DNA of 64,000 nucleotides from Phycisphaerales bacterium. Its GTDB lineage: Bacteria > Planctomycetota > Phycisphaerae > Phycisphaerales > UBA1924. A program made the translations under genes and the position numbers. Where the stretch lies: positions 7,603 to 71,602 of the forward strand of contig JBBSOF010000012.1 of assembly GCA_038260025.1 (NCBI GenBank). The letters are read 5' to 3'. Position 1 is the first letter of the stretch. Each line of letters opens with the position of its first letter. Positions 1 to 7,648 of this stretch are shown in pieces. The notes below the pieces were generated by a model that had not been told where the DNA came from, made no database searches, and saw only the letters and a list, made by a program, of their open reading frames with translations.

Positions 1-10
1 GCGAAGTTGT

Positions 11-373
11 GTGGTAGGCGGATTGTTGCTCGAGGTATTGGCGGCTGTCGGGTGTACCAAGACACCCTCCCGCGAGGAATCCGCACAGTTAATCGGGGTG
101 TGGACAACGGGGCCTCACGCGTCGGAATGGGGACAAGTAACGGAAAGGCTCCGAATCCGTGCGGATATATTGGAATTCGTGCTCATACCGCAGGATGTCG
201 ACGAAGAGGATCCAGAGCCGGTCATAATAAAGGGGCCGTACACCTTAAAAGGTGGATCGATCTGGGTTGGAGAGATGGACAAGAATGAACCGATGAGATT
301 TCAGGTTGTAGACAAAGATACTATCCTTTTCTGGAGAGACGGTAAGGAATGGCGGCTCGACCGTGTCCATTAG
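11..373 (+). CDS. putative lipoprotein, function unknown (5' end may lie outside window)
   Basis: ORF track 11..373. N-terminus LLLEVLAAVGC resembles a lipobox. The frame stays open back to base 2, so the true start may be upstream. Visibly lower GC than the rest of the window. Confidence 0.45.
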   Translation: MVGGLLLEVLAAVGCTKTPSREESAQLIGVWTTGPHASEWGQVTERLRIRADILEFVLIPQDVDEEDPEPVIIKGPYTLKGGSIWVGEMDKNEPMRFQVVDKDTILFWRDGKEWRLDRVH

Positions 374-495
374 CCTTGGATTCGGACGAGATTCAACCAT
401 GCGGCGGGTGGCACTGCCGTACCACGGCATCAACCCGACGGTGGTGGGCGGCGCTGGCCGTCCCGGCCACCAAAGTATCCCTGCGACAGTGGGGG

Positions 496-1206
496 TCAAG
501 CGCAGTGCCACCTACCACCGCACTCTGGACAATCGGCATGAGGGGCAATGCCGCGACGGTCATACCGGCAACGGACGCATTGGTATGGCTCCCGATGCCG
601 GATTGCCCTCCACCACGCGGGCGCGATCACCCCAGCTAGCAGAGCAAAGGCAGGCCATAGCGGCAGGACTATCCGCCTTTGGAAGCTGGCACCTTCAAGT
701 GTGATCACTTGAGACGGTGCTGCCTCAAACCGCATGTACCCACGTCCACGCGTTTCTACCCCTTGGGAATGGAGAAAGACATCCCAAAGCTGAAAGGTTT
801 GCCCAATGTAAATACTGCGATCGGTAGAAAAGCCCCACCGCAGTTCCCGAAAGCGCAGTGGTGTGCAGTCAAACCCGTAGTCAGCCGCAACGGGCCATGC
901 ATCTATCTCTGTTACTCGGCGGTTCGCGGGCAGAACCGGGTGCACCGGGTACACGAGCTCTACACGCCCCTCCCTTACAAGAAGCTCGCCGAAGAACCAC
1001 GTGACCGTGAACTGCCTCCAATAGGCGCTTCCCAGCCATACAACAACAAGCGCAATGGCAAAGGTGGTAATGCTATATCGAACTACCCGGGGACCGCGAT
1101 TGCCTTTCAGAAAGTGCACTGGGAAAGTGTACGAAGCCGCCCGACCTTCAGTTTGGCAGGTGCACTGACTTCCACCGCATCCACCCCGGCCCCCGTTGCG
1201 ACACAA
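496..1206 (-). CDS. membrane protein with C-terminal CxxC...CPECG zinc-ribbon
   Basis: Hydrophobic segments ITTFAIALVVVWLG and IVLPLWPAFALLAGVIAPAWW, then CVRCRYDRRGIAPHADCPECG at the C-terminus. The first ~40 aa are Gly/Cys/Arg-rich, so the start is probably over-extended. Confidence 0.5.
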   Translation of the reverse strand: MCRNGGRGGCGGSQCTCQTEGRAASYTFPVHFLKGNRGPRVVRYSITTFAIALVVVWLGSAYWRQFTVTWFFGELLVREGRVELVYPVHPVLPANRRVTEIDAWPVAADYGFDCTPLRFRELRWGFSTDRSIYIGQTFQLWDVFLHSQGVETRGRGYMRFEAAPSQVITLEGASFQRRIVLPLWPAFALLAGVIAPAWWRAIRHREPYQCVRCRYDRRGIAPHADCPECGGRWHCA

Positions 1207-1489
1207 GTCGTGCCACTTCTATGAAGACCCGTCGGTTGGATTCTCTGGTCAATAGCGCAACCCCGATGGGTGAATGATCGTACCGGAGTGCGGCCCAGTT
1301 CGGGCCGGTCTAGAGGCGGTTATGACGATGCGGCGGGGCCCACTGAACTACCCCGCCTCAACCCCCCGTGCCCCACACCTTCGCTCCCCCGCGCCCAATC
1401 CTCCCTGCACTGCCCCAAGCGAAGTTCCCTGGCGGACCACGCCCACCCATGCCATCACCACCTGCGCCAGCAGGGTCGTCCGATCCTTT

Positions 1490-1936
1490 TTGTTCACAAA
1501 CTCCTACCCTTCTCCGCTGCCCCTCACCTTCCCCCAATCCCGCCGCCTCACCCACAACCTCGAGTTCGCGGCTGTCTATGGCGCGCGAATGAAGAAGTCG
1601 GCGGGACCGCTGACGGGGTACTCGATGCCCAATGGGCGCGGGCATTACCGGCTGGGGCTGGCGGTGCGGAAGCACTCGACGGCGGTGGAGCGCAGCCGCG
1701 TAAAGCGGATGGTGCGCGAGGCTTTTCGCCTGTCGCAAGGTGCGCTGCCGATGGCGGCGGGCGGGGGTGGGAGTGGGAGTGGGGGATATGACCTGATCAT
1801 CGCCGCGCGGGAGCACGAGCCGCTGGCGCTCACGGAGTACCAGCGTCTGTTTCAGGACGTCGCGGGGCAGTTGCACCAGGCGTGGGAGAAGCGGCAGCGG
1901 CGGGGCAGGCCGGAGGATGGGAGTGCCGGTCCATGA
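1490..1936 (+). CDS. rnpA: ribonuclease P protein component
   Basis: FPQSRRLTHNLEFAAVYGARMKKSAGPL...LGLAVRKHSTAVERSRVKRMVREAFR fits the RnpA pattern. The stop overlaps the yidD ATG (ATGA). The ORF track opens at 1274; I chose an in-frame TTG at 1490, so the start is uncertain. Confidence 0.8.
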   Translation: MFTNSYPSPLPLTFPQSRRLTHNLEFAAVYGARMKKSAGPLTGYSMPNGRGHYRLGLAVRKHSTAVERSRVKRMVREAFRLSQGALPMAAGGGGSGSGGYDLIIAAREHEPLALTEYQRLFQDVAGQLHQAWEKRQRRGRPEDGSAGP

Positions 1937-2223
1937 TCCGCCGTGCCTCCTGGCTCACGCTGCCGGTGGAAGGGTTGATCCGCCTGTACCAGTACACGCT
2001 GGCGCGGGTCATGGGCGGGCAGTGCCGGTTTGAGCCCACGTGCTCCCACTATGGGCTGGAGGCGTACCGCCAGCACGGGCTGTGGCGGGGGACAGTGCTG
2101 ACCATGCGCCGGGTGGGGCGGTGCAACCCCTTTTCCAAGGGCGGCTACGACCCCGTTCCGGTGCCCGAGAGCCATCCGCGCCCGAATGAGGCGGATTTGA
2201 GTGCAAACGGGCGGAAGGCATGA
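1933..2223 (+). CDS. yidD: membrane protein insertion efficiency factor YidD
   Basis: LIRLYQYTLARVMGGQCRFEPTCSHYGLEAYRQHGLWRGTVLTMRRVGRCNPFSKGGYDPVP is the classic YidD signature. ATG at 1933 overlaps the rnpA stop. Confidence 0.9.
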   Translation: MIRRASWLTLPVEGLIRLYQYTLARVMGGQCRFEPTCSHYGLEAYRQHGLWRGTVLTMRRVGRCNPFSKGGYDPVPVPESHPRPNEADLSANGRKA

Positions 2224-2260
2224 TACGGTTTGTTGGCACTAACGCCCGGCTGCATGCGAT

Positions 2261-2896
2261 ATGGCAGCAGGGATGGTGCCCACCGAGGACGTCATGAGCC
2301 GCCTGCCTGCCGAGAAACGCCGCGAACAGCTGCTGGACTGCGCCGCCGATCTGTTTGCGCGGAGCGGCTATGCCCGGGCCACGACGGCGGAGCTTGCCAA
2401 GGCGGCGGGCGTCACTGAGCCGATCATCTACCGGCACTTTGATTCCAAGCGTGACCTGTTTGTCGCGCTAATCGAGCGCACGGCGGCGCAGACGCTGGCG
2501 CACTGGGAGCAGCGGCTTGCGAACGCCAGCGACTCGGCGGAGCGACTGCGGCGGCTGATCGGCGACAACCCGATGGTGAGCAGCGAGGGCGCCGAGCCGT
2601 ACCGCGTGCTGCTCCAGGCCATTACCGAAGTGGACGACCCGGAGATCAACCGCGCGGTGGCGGGGCATTTCAAGAACCTGCACGCGTTCCTCTCGCGAGA
2701 GCTGCGGCGGGCGCAGGATGAGCGCAAGGTGATGAAGGTCTTCTCTGCCGACCTGATCGCGTGGACGCTGATCCATGTGGGTCTGGGCTATGGCGTGCTG
2801 GCGGCGCTCAACGTGCCGGGCCAGGGCGAGGATGCGGATGGGCATCACGTGCAGGGGATGCTAGAGCGGATTCTGGTGGGGCGGCACGAGGACTAG
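2261..2896 (+). CDS. TetR/AcrR family transcriptional regulator
   Basis: N-terminal HTH RREQLLDCAADLFARSGYARATTAELAKAAGVTEPIIYRHFDSKRDLF, followed by a helical C-terminal domain. Confidence 0.85.
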   Translation: MAAGMVPTEDVMSRLPAEKRREQLLDCAADLFARSGYARATTAELAKAAGVTEPIIYRHFDSKRDLFVALIERTAAQTLAHWEQRLANASDSAERLRRLIGDNPMVSSEGAEPYRVLLQAITEVDDPEINRAVAGHFKNLHAFLSRELRRAQDERKVMKVFSADLIAWTLIHVGLGYGVLAALNVPGQGEDADGHHVQGMLERILVGRHED

Positions 2897-2927
2897 GTTG
2901 GCGGCGGTGCTTGGGTAGCTGTGGTGC

Positions 2928-3284
2928 CTAACTTCGCGATGCCTTCAGTCGCGGGCGATCTGGGTCAGGCACGAGCGAGTGCCCGAGGCGGCCAAGGCGG
3001 GTACCTCTAAAGGGCTTGCCGTCGGCTGAGAACGTGTAAGTCACATCGATCTCGAAATAGGTCCAGTTGCGGCCGCCATTTGGTCCATCGCTCTGCACCT
3101 TGCGCACCGGGGTTCCCAGTTCGGAGATCTCACCGAGCACTGTGGAGAAGGAATCCGGTTGTGAGAGCTGGCGGAGGTTCCCCCAGGCACTTGCTCGCCA
3201 GCCCAAGCCGAGACCGATGACCAGCATCATGACACAGGCAAAGACCTGCGCTGACCTGCTGCTGAGTCGATCTTCAATGGTCAT
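2928..3284 (-). CDS. DUF3592-like single-pass membrane protein
   Basis: Trimmed to MTIEDRL. TM segment VFACVMMLVIGLGLGW, then a beta-rich region with WTYFEIDVTYTFSADGKPFRGTRLG, resembling the DUF3592 pattern. Confidence 0.5.
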   Translation of the reverse strand: MTIEDRLSSRSAQVFACVMMLVIGLGLGWRASAWGNLRQLSQPDSFSTVLGEISELGTPVRKVQSDGPNGGRNWTYFEIDVTYTFSADGKPFRGTRLGRLGHSLVPDPDRPRLKASRS

Positions 3285-3450
3285 GGGCACTCGCTTGTCG
3301 CGGCAGGATGGTGCAGATGGACGGCGGTAATGGTACATACTGAAGTGTCGAATCGTCGCACGCGGACGGGGGGGATGCGCTAAAAACAGGGTGATCCAGC
3401 ACGACCATGAAGCATGGTCGTGGCACACCACGGCACGCTATTCTTGATCC

Positions 3451-4638
3451 ATGTCAGCCATCGAAATCCCTCTCTCCCGTCCCGACATCACAGAACTCGA
3501 AGAGCAGTTGGTCCTGCAGGTGCTGCGCTCGGGGCGGCTGGCGATGGGGCCGTTGACAGAGCAGTTTGAGATGATGGTGGCGGCGCGGGCGGGGTGCCAG
3601 TTTGGCGTCGCGGTGTCGTCGGGAACGTGCGGGCTGTACCTGGCGCTGCTGGCGCTGAACATCCGCCCGGGGGATGAGATCATCACGACGCCCTTTTCGT
3701 TCATCGCGTCTGCGAATGTGATCCTGATGGCGGGCGCGAAGCCGGTGTTTGTTGATGTGTGCCCTAAGACGCTGAACATGCTGCCGCGGGCGGTGGAAGA
3801 GGCGATCACACCAAAGACGCGGGCAATACTGGCGGTGGAGGCGTTCGGCAATCCGGCGTATATGGACCAGTACGCGAGCATCGCGGCAAGGCACGAGATC
3901 CCGCTGATCGAAGACTGCTGCGAGGCGCTGGGTGCGACGCACAAGGGCCGGCCCGCGGGTCAGTTTGGACGCGTGGGAGTCTTTGGGTTTTATCCCAACA
4001 AGCAGATCACGACGGGTGAGGGCGGGCTGATCGTGACTGATGATGAGCGCCTGGCCGAGATGTGCCGCAGCCTGCGGAACCAGGGGCGGGCGCTGGGGTT
4101 CAGGGCCGAGGGCGGCGGCGGCAGCGTGGGCGGGGTTGCAAAGGGCTCGTGGCTGCGGCACGAGCGGCTGGGCTTCAACTACCGCATGAGCGAGGTCAAC
4201 GCCGCCATTGGCGTGGCGCAGATGCGCCGTCTGGATGAAATCATCGCCAAGCGGCAGACGGTGGCGCAGATGTACGTGGATCGCCTCGGCGGCCACTCCC
4301 ACCTCATCATGCCCACGATCGATCCGCAGTCGGAAATGAGCTGGTTCGTGTACGTTGTGCGGCTGGACCCCTCGTACACGGGCGAAGAGCGCGACCGCAT
4401 CATCCGTGGGCTGCGGGCCAACGACATCGGGTCATCGGACTACTTCCCCTGCATCCATTTGCAGCCGTTTTATCAGGAACAGTTCGGCTTCAGGCCGGGC
4501 ATGTTCCCGATTGCGGAATCAGTGAGCCAGCGGACCATCGCCCTGCCGTTCTTCAACGACATGACCCGCCAGCAGGTGGATGCGGTTGCGAGCACGCTGG
4601 AACTGCTGATCAAGAAAGAGAACCTGTCGAGGGCGTGA
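3451..4638 (+). CDS. DegT/DnrJ/EryC1/StrS family PLP-dependent sugar aminotransferase
   Basis: IPLSRPDITELEEQLVLQVLRSGRLAMGPLTEQFE...ITTPFSFIASAN...YPNKQITTGEGGLIVTDD...GFNYRMSEVNAAIG are family hallmarks. Confidence 0.9.
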   Translation: MSAIEIPLSRPDITELEEQLVLQVLRSGRLAMGPLTEQFEMMVAARAGCQFGVAVSSGTCGLYLALLALNIRPGDEIITTPFSFIASANVILMAGAKPVFVDVCPKTLNMLPRAVEEAITPKTRAILAVEAFGNPAYMDQYASIAARHEIPLIEDCCEALGATHKGRPAGQFGRVGVFGFYPNKQITTGEGGLIVTDDERLAEMCRSLRNQGRALGFRAEGGGGSVGGVAKGSWLRHERLGFNYRMSEVNAAIGVAQMRRLDEIIAKRQTVAQMYVDRLGGHSHLIMPTIDPQSEMSWFVYVVRLDPSYTGEERDRIIRGLRANDIGSSDYFPCIHLQPFYQEQFGFRPGMFPIAESVSQRTIALPFFNDMTRQQVDAVASTLELLIKKENLSRA

Positions 4639-4643
4639 ATCGG

Positions 4644-6980
4644 CTACGCGGCCCGTGTGCCCGCCACCACATTGGCCTTCAGCTGCGCGAACGTGAGGGT
4701 GACGAACCCGTCACTATTCTCAGCGCTGGTGCCCGAGACGCCCCAGGGGTTCCGCAGGGTGAAGAGTGTGCCCCCGCTGCTGCCGCTGGCAATCGAAACC
4801 AGCGTGTAAGCGTGGTTGCCCACCAGCGTTTTGGCGGAGAGTGAGGTCGCCAGCGTCACGGCGCGGCCCGCGGCAAGGTCGGCGATCAGCCCGCTGGTGA
4901 AGCCGCTCTCGCTGCTGGCGATAATGAAGTCCGACGACTTCACCCCCAGCGCCGAATACACCTCGCCCATCCAGCCGCTGGCGATCGATGCGTATGAGTT
5001 GGCGCCGGTGCGGAAGTAGGCGACGGCCTTTTCCATGATCGGTGCCCACACCGCGCCGCTCGCGCCGGGCTGGGCGTAGGCGTAGCCGCTGAAGTAGCCG
5101 CTGGGCACGGCGGTGGACACGCGGACGAAGACCGGGCCATCGTCCTGGATGAACTGCACGGCATAGGTGCCGTCGCCCAGGTCCACCGCCGATTCCATCA
5201 GAAGTTCCGGGGCCTCGTTCGCAAATGCGGCAACAGACGCAAGGAAATAGCAGTCGCCCACGCCGCCCTGGTTCACATCGTCCATCGTCGGCCCGCGGCC
5301 CCACAGAGACCCGTCGACCTTGGTTGTCTCGCCGCTGTCCTTGGGGTTTGCGAGGCTGGCGCCGATGGCCTTGCTCACGCCGCCCGCGAAGCTCGCGATG
5401 CTGTGCAGGATGCCGGGCCCGCTGAAGATGTCTGTCGAGTCCAGCCACGCGCTGACGTTCTGCGCCAGCGTGCGGACGGTCGTCAGGCTGCCCCCCAGCC
5501 CCGTGATGGTGGTGCGCACCGTGACCGACGAGTCGATGGTGATGGTGTTCGCGCCGCCGTGGTCGTAGATGAACAGCCCGCCGGGCGCGGAGAGGCTGGT
5601 GTATGTGCGTCCACCCGCGCTGATCGTGAGCATCGAGCCCGCCTGCGAAACGGTGATGGTGTCGGAAGACCCCGATGCCGTCACGATCAGTTCCCCGTCG
5701 TAGCGCGTGGAGATCTCAACGGTGGATACGCTCGGGGCGGTCTTGATCACGACCGAAGCCGAGGCCTCGGAGACCTTCGTCCCATACGCCGCCTGAATCC
5801 TGTAGGCGTACCAGCGACCCGCATCGGCGGTGGAATCAGTGAATGCGCGGCTTGCGCCCTGGGCGAGCGTGGCGATGCGGGTGAAGTGGACGTTATCGAG
5901 CGAGCGCAGCACGATGTAGCCCATGCCCGGCTTGTTGGCGTCGCTCCACGTCAGGCGTACGTCGGAGCCCGAGAGCGTCGCGTTGATGCTCCTGGGCGCC
6001 AGCAGGCCGGTGGAAGCGATGACCGTGGCGGATGTCCCGGCAGGGGCCATGGCGCTGCGCGACTGCACGCGGTAGGTGTACGACGTGGCGCTTGTCACGG
6101 TGGTGTCGGTGTAGGTGCTGGCCGTCGATCCCAGCGTCGCGATGGTGGTGAAGGTGGCCCCGTCCGTGGAGCGCATGACGAGGTAGCTCGTCGCGCTCTT
6201 GTCCAGCCCGCCCCACGAGATCGTCACCGACGTCGGCGTTGTGGCAGCCTGCACGTTGGTGGGGGCCCGCAGTGCGACCGCCGCGCGGATGGTCGCGGTG
6301 AATGTCGAGATGTTGGCCCCGGCGGTGGCCTGCAGGCGGTAGGCGTAGATCGTGCCGCTGACGACCGCGGAGTCGATGTACGAGGTCGCAGTGCTGCTGC
6401 TGATGGTGGAAATGGTGCTGAAGTTCTTGCCGTCGGTTGAGCGCATGAGCACGTAGCCGCGCGTGTCGGCGTCGCCGGCCTTCCACGAAAGTCGAACGCC
6501 GGAGCTTGAGAGGGTGGCGGCGATGAACGTGGTGGGTGTGTACAGCGGCGTGAACTTCGCCACGATGTTTGAATAGCCCGACCGCGCCGTGCCTTTGTAG
6601 GCCGCGATCTCATAGTGGTACGAATGGTTGGACAGGACGCTGGTGTCGATGAACGAACGGGCGTTGCCGGTCGTGAGCTTGGCGATCTGCTGGTACGCGC
6701 CGGCCCCGTCTGATCGCATGATGTAGAAGCCATCCACCGCGTTCGGTGCGGCAGCCCAATCCAGTTGCACGGTGGTGGGCGACAACGTATGGGCGACGAG
6801 GGCCGCCGGCGCGGCAGGGGGCGGTTCGGCCTTCACCACCAGCGAGATGGACATGAGCGTGCGGGGCTCAAGGGCCTCAAAGGCGTCCGCATCGGCGAGT
6901 GCCTCCTGCGTCAGGGCGTTGAGGGCCTTGCCGCAGTTGTGCAGCAGTTGGGTGGTGAATCGTGTCGTCATGTTCATCAA
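4644..6980 (-). CDS. calpain-like (peptidase C2) cysteine protease with LEPR-XLL-like N-terminus and four FN3 repeats
   Basis: N-terminus has FEALEPRTLMS. Four ~88-aa FN3-like repeats follow (..GFYIMRSDGAG..YHYEIAAY; ..GYVLMRSTDGKNF..YAYRLQA; ..SYLVMRSTDGATF..YTYRVQS; ..GYIVLRSLDNVHF..YAYRIQA). The C-terminal domain has QGGVGDCYFLASVAA (Cys), GNHAYTLV (His) and LRNPWG (Asn). Confidence 0.8.
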   Translation of the reverse strand: MMNMTTRFTTQLLHNCGKALNALTQEALADADAFEALEPRTLMSISLVVKAEPPPAAPAALVAHTLSPTTVQLDWAAAPNAVDGFYIMRSDGAGAYQQIAKLTTGNARSFIDTSVLSNHSYHYEIAAYKGTARSGYSNIVAKFTPLYTPTTFIAATLSSSGVRLSWKAGDADTRGYVLMRSTDGKNFSTISTISSSTATSYIDSAVVSGTIYAYRLQATAGANISTFTATIRAAVALRAPTNVQAATTPTSVTISWGGLDKSATSYLVMRSTDGATFTTIATLGSTASTYTDTTVTSATSYTYRVQSRSAMAPAGTSATVIASTGLLAPRSINATLSGSDVRLTWSDANKPGMGYIVLRSLDNVHFTRIATLAQGASRAFTDSTADAGRWYAYRIQAAYGTKVSEASASVVIKTAPSVSTVEISTRYDGELIVTASGSSDTITVSQAGSMLTISAGGRTYTSLSAPGGLFIYDHGGANTITIDSSVTVRTTITGLGGSLTTVRTLAQNVSAWLDSTDIFSGPGILHSIASFAGGVSKAIGASLANPKDSGETTKVDGSLWGRGPTMDDVNQGGVGDCYFLASVAAFANEAPELLMESAVDLGDGTYAVQFIQDDGPVFVRVSTAVPSGYFSGYAYAQPGASGAVWAPIMEKAVAYFRTGANSYASIASGWMGEVYSALGVKSSDFIIASSESGFTSGLIADLAAGRAVTLATSLSAKTLVGNHAYTLVSIASGSSGGTLFTLRNPWGVSGTSAENSDGFVTLTFAQLKANVVAGTRAA

Positions 6981-7212
6981 TGGCAGTTCCTCCCGCGACC
7001 TTGAGCATCCGGTTCAGGGGGGTGCGGGGCCACCATTTGGCGGGAGTAAGGTGGGGCAGCGAGGCCCGCAGGCCGCGCAGAAGGCCCATTTTGCCGGTCC
7101 GGCACCGGCGTTTTGGGCCGCACAGCCCCTGCAACTTGCCCGAAGCGGGTAGGCCGCCAATACTTCCGACCCTGCCCGGACCATCCGGGCCAATCCCCTT
7201 TTGAGGTGTGGC

Positions 7213-7491
7213 ATGCCGAACGTCTGTGCTCTGACTGGTAAGAAGACCTCCCGCGGCATGAAGCGCGCCTGGCGCGGCCAGGCCGTGTCCAAGGGCGGCT
7301 TCGGCCTCAAGCCCACGGGCATCACCCGCCGCACCTTCAAGCCCAACCTGCAGAACCTGACCGCCGTGATCGATGGCGTGGCGCAGCGGGTGAAGGTCTC
7401 GACCAAGGCCATCCGCACCGGTCTGGTCATCAAGCCCCTGAAACGCAAGTACGGCTACACCCGCCAGCAGAAGGCTGCCGCCGGGAACTGA
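7213..7491 (+). CDS. rpmB: 50S ribosomal protein L28
   Basis: MPNVCALTGKKTS...RRTFKPNLQ...VKVSTKAIRTG fits L28. GAGG-type SD lies 6-10 nt upstream of the ATG at 7213. Confidence 0.85.
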   Translation: MPNVCALTGKKTSRGMKRAWRGQAVSKGGFGLKPTGITRRTFKPNLQNLTAVIDGVAQRVKVSTKAIRTGLVIKPLKRKYGYTRQQKAAAGN

Positions 7492-7519
7492 TCGCCGGGA
7501 CACAACTGAAGTGACGACA

Positions 7520-7548
7520 GGGCGGCTTTGGCCGCCCTTGTCTTTTTT
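7520..7548 (+). terminator. rho-independent terminator after rpmB
   Basis: GGGCGGC-tttg-GCCGCCC stem-loop followed by ttgtcTTTTTT. Confidence 0.7.
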
Positions 7549-7570
7549 GGTGTTCTGAATGGAAGTCAGT

Positions 7571-7648
7571 GCCCTCCCTGACGGTCGGGCTACTTGCTGG
7601 GCGGAAATGGCCAAGGCCCTTCCTTACGGTCGGGCTACTTGTTCGGCG
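7571..7648. repeat. two 33-nt direct repeats, 45-nt period
   Basis: gccctccctgacggtcgggctacttgctgggcg (7571-7603) versus gcccttccttacggtcgggctacttgttcggcg (7616-7648), 29/33 identical by hand. The second copy encodes the last codons and stop of the histidine kinase. Confidence 0.6.

Noticed and set aside
1207-1489. Expected rpmH (L34) upstream of rnpA
   Set aside because: I translated all three forward frames. None gives the Arg/Lys-rich ~45-aa L34 pattern (..GFRxRM..GRxxLxxRRxKGR..).
5735-6818. Periodic ~265-nt repeats that could suggest a tandem DNA repeat or CRISPR-like array
   Set aside because: They are four diverged FN3 domain-coding repeats inside one continuous ORF, with no short identical direct repeats separated by unique spacers.
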